This document shows, in pieces, positions 61,640-64,000 of a stretch of DNA of 64,000 bases. The notes under the pieces are model-generated. The model saw only the letters and a list, made by a program, of their open reading frames with translations, was not told the DNA's origin and did no database searches. Position numbers and translations under genes: made by a program. Each line of letters opens with the position of its first letter. Position 1 is the first letter of the stretch. The DNA comes from an uncultured Bacteroides sp. (GTDB lineage: Bacteria; Bacillota; Clostridia; Christensenellales; CAG-917): positions 41,254 through 105,253 of the forward strand of contig CAZXUW010000002.1 of assembly GCA_964644355.1 (NCBI GenBank), written 5' to 3'.

Positions 61640-64000
61640 TTATTCTTTTGATTTGATGATGTTGACGGGTTTGATTGACATCACGCCGACAAATGGTGCT
61701 ATTGCCGACACAAGCGTAACGCCTGCGATAATTCCTATGCCCGACCACATCACGCTCTTGTCAAAGCTCAACAGCGTTATGGAAGTTATGGAGGCGTTGT
61801 TGACGTATTCCACAATGCTGTCCATCAGCACGTCGTTTGCAGTGGGCATACCAAAGTAGAATAAAAATCCAAAAAGTACGCATATGACAAATCCCAGTGC
61901 AATGACTTGGATGAGGAATATCCCCGCAACGTTTCTCGTCCTTGCGCCCATTGCCTTCATAACGCCTATTTCATAGCTTCTTGAGCGGATATTGCCAAAG
62001 GAATAGGATGCCATAAGCAAAACCATAACGCCACACAATGCCGTTGCGATCAGTGAGAAAATATCGCGGAAAATAAGCACTATTTTGGTTATGGAATTGA
62101 TGGTTTTGAAATACTCCGTTGCAACGTACATATCCATCTCCTCGCCAAGATTGTATATCGCACTCGCACTTGTCGGCTCGTCAAAATACAGCTCGGACGT
62201 GAAGAAATTGCACTTGGTCGCTTCTTGAGCAACCTCTCTATCAAAGAATGACAGTGACATACCGTCTCCCAAAGCGGTGACTTTGAAAGTGCGAGTATAC
62301 ACAATCTCACTCTCTCCCCTTACAAACAAATTGACGGTGACAATATTGTCGTTGTTTTGAAATTCTGCATCTTCCATCGACGATACGGTTGTGCCGAAAA
62401 TGCTGTTGTACAAATCGACACCCATCGCACACTCGTTCTTTCTCCCTTCGTCCGTATCGCAAATAGCATGCATGCTATTGGTATGCTGATACACCTCTCC
62501 CTTGGTTGTGACAAAAGCAACTTTGTTCATTTTGGCAAGTCGGCAGATGGCGGAATTTGCAAAAGTTTCCACGATATTCTCGTTGAAACTGTAAGCCACA
62601 TTGAGATAGGTGTTTGCATACTCAACAAACTCGCCCGCCTCCTCTTTGCTTATCTTTTCGCGCTTTTTCATTTTCTCAAGATAGTCGGCATATTTCTCTT
62701 TGTAGCCCGTTTCCACAACAGCACATACTCTGCCACGCAAGTTGAGTTCCTTTCCGACAAAATCCCCATATGTATAATCACGCTCATTGTGTTTGTTGAA
62801 ATATGAAAGGCTGTCGGCAATATAATCGGTGATGATAAACCCTTCGGGATAATTGTTGGCATAAAGATCGCCATACACCGTAAGAGAGCCGTCAACGCCG
62901 AATATCTTTGTGAGATACTCCTCATCGCAAATAAGCACACCGGTCGTCTCTTTGCAATAGAACATATTGTATATTTCACTTGATGGATTTGTGCCCGACT
63001 CCGTTGCAAAATTGGACTCGGAACACGGTATGGAAAACGGAATTTTTCTATACACTTTTCCGTCGTGCAAAGCAGACAATTGATCCATCTCATCTTGAGA
63101 AATTTTCACAATATTTTGCGTATTGAGCGTGTCAAGAAGTTCGTCCTTTACACCCTTCTTCATCACAAGCACTTGACTGTCCGACTTCTGCATTGCCTCG
63201 TCCATTGTCGCATTGCTGTCAAAACGCACAAAAGTTCTGCTCAAAGCAAAGATCAAGACAACCGCAGTTATCATAATTGCCATGAGAGCGCCGGAAATCA
63301 ACTTCTTCTTGAAAAAGTGCCTAGATATACCCAACGTACGTTTAATGCTCAATTTTGAATGCTTAAAGTCCGCATTCTGCTCATTGTCGGCAATATTTTC
63401 CGTCTTTCCAAAAGCCGTATCTCTTTGCACGATAAGGGCGTTTCCCGTTGAGGCAACATCGTTGAGCAAACTCATTTGTTCATCCGTCATTCTCACTCCG
63501 TCGGGAATATAAACGGTGTTTCCGTCAATCTCGAAAGTGTTTTCACCTCTATCGTGTCTTGAAATATCTTGCAAGATTCTGCCGTCTGCAAGCTCGATTA
63601 TTCTGTCGGCATACTTCTCGGCATCACTAAGATTGTGAGACACTATCACAACCAAAATATCCTTTGAAAGCTTCTTCAAAAGTTCAAGTGCTTGAACTGC
63701 GGTTTTGCTGTCCAAATTGCCCGTCGGCTCGTCTGCGAGTATAAGCTTTGGAGATTTCACAAGTGCTCTTGCAATCGCAACTCTTTGGCGTTGACCACCG
63801 CTCAGTTGAGAGGGCTTTCTGTGTGCAAATTCTTTGAGTTCAACCTTTTCAAGGATGTCTGCAACCTTGCCATCGACGTTGTGCTCTCCTTGCAAGTCAA
63901 GTGCAAGTCTAACGTTGTTTTCAACGCTCAACTCATCAATAAGGCAAAAATCTTGAAAGACAAAACCCAAATAGCTGTTTCTGTAATCATCAAAATCACT
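61640..64000 (-). CDS. MacB-type ABC transporter, fused ATPase + FtsX-like permease (5-prime end outside the window)
   Basis: LSGGQRQRVAIARAL and ILADEPTGNLD motifs, followed by a large extracytoplasmic domain and a C-terminal FtsX-type 4-TM bundle. The reading frame stays open to position 64000. Confidence 0.85.
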   Translation of the reverse strand, partial: SDFDDYRNSYLGFVFQDFCLIDELSVENNVRLALDLQGEHNVDGKVADILEKVELKEFAHRKPSQLSGGQRQRVAIARALVKSPKLILADEPTGNLDSKTAVQALELLKKLSKDILVVIVSHNLSDAEKYADRIIELADGRILQDISRHDRGENTFEIDGNTVYIPDGVRMTDEQMSLLNDVASTGNALIVQRDTAFGKTENIADNEQNADFKHSKLSIKRTLGISRHFFKKKLISGALMAIMITAVVLIFALSRTFVRFDSNATMDEAMQKSDSQVLVMKKGVKDELLDTLNTQNIVKISQDEMDQLSALHDGKVYRKIPFSIPCSESNFATESGTNPSSEIYNMFYCKETTGVLICDEEYLTKIFGVDGSLTVYGDLYANNYPEGFIITDYIADSLSYFNKHNERDYTYGDFVGKELNLRGRVCAVVETGYKEKYADYLEKMKKREKISKEEAGEFVEYANTYLNVAYSFNENIVETFANSAICRLAKMNKVAFVTTKGEVYQHTNSMHAICDTDEGRKNECAMGVDLYNSIFGTTVSSMEDAEFQNNDNIVTVNLFVRGESEIVYTRTFKVTALGDGMSLSFFDREVAQEATKCNFFTSELYFDEPTSASAIYNLGEEMDMYVATEYFKTINSITKIVLIFRDIFSLIATALCGVMVLLMASYSFGNIRSRSYEIGVMKAMGARTRNVAGIFLIQVIALGFVICVLFGFLFYFGMPTANDVLMDSIVEYVNNASITSITLLSFDKSVMWSGIGIIAGVTLVSAIAPFVGVMSIKPVNIIKSKE

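Overview
This 64-kb window looks like a chromosomal segment from a Gram-positive-type (Bacillota-like) anaerobe. I cannot tell from sequence alone whether it is a Clostridia or a wall-less Mollicutes-like lineage. I call about 40 CDS (most on the minus strand), one tRNA-Val(GAC) and one TPP riboswitch. I saw no rRNA, CRISPR array, transposase, integrase or phage structural genes.

Gene content, in order:
- 157-4738: S58/DmpA-type peptidase, alpha/beta hydrolase, thiN, TPP-riboswitch-controlled thiT, and a long mscL.
- 5013-8129: a solitary 1038-aa protein with a DUF4062-like N-terminus, a P-loop-less STAND-like middle and a propeller-like C-terminus.
- 8299-9417: a CaCA cation antiporter.
- 9821-30647: a ~21-kb co-directional block. 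It encodes a ~2490-aa S8 cell-envelope protease with BspA-type LRRs, an InlB-B-repeat lipoprotein, an expanded oppABCDF, a small TM protein and a 1402-aa GLUG-repeat surface protein.
- 31072-32367: a UPF0597 cysteine-desulfidase-like gene.
- 32575-35004: a tightly coupled membrane-CxxC / NapH-like 4Fe-4S / TlpA-thioredoxin trio.
- 35228-39007: two lipoproteins, one carrying a thioredoxin domain.
- 39243-40265: yitT.
- 40408-43368: a lipoprotein with five tandem Cys/His modules.
- 43852-55748: a MoxR / DUF58 / two-VWA operon that runs on into two large lipoproteins.
- 56387-64000: small redox genes, an orphan ACP with an Sfp-type PPTase, hom, coaX and a partial MacB-type ABC gene.

Eight proteins have lipobox-type signal peptides, and I saw no LPXTG motifs.

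Best leads for follow-up:
1. The orphan DUF4062-like / degenerate STAND / propeller protein, as a candidate immune sensor.
2. The 11-mer TGCATAAATAT, within a wider GCATAAA/ATGCAT box family, which recurs in four promoter regions of surface-protein operons.
3. The extracytoplasmic thiol-redox cluster next to Cys-rich lipoproteins.
4. The MoxR-VWA operon fused to lipoprotein genes.

All functional calls come from motif recognition by eye. No database search or computation was run.
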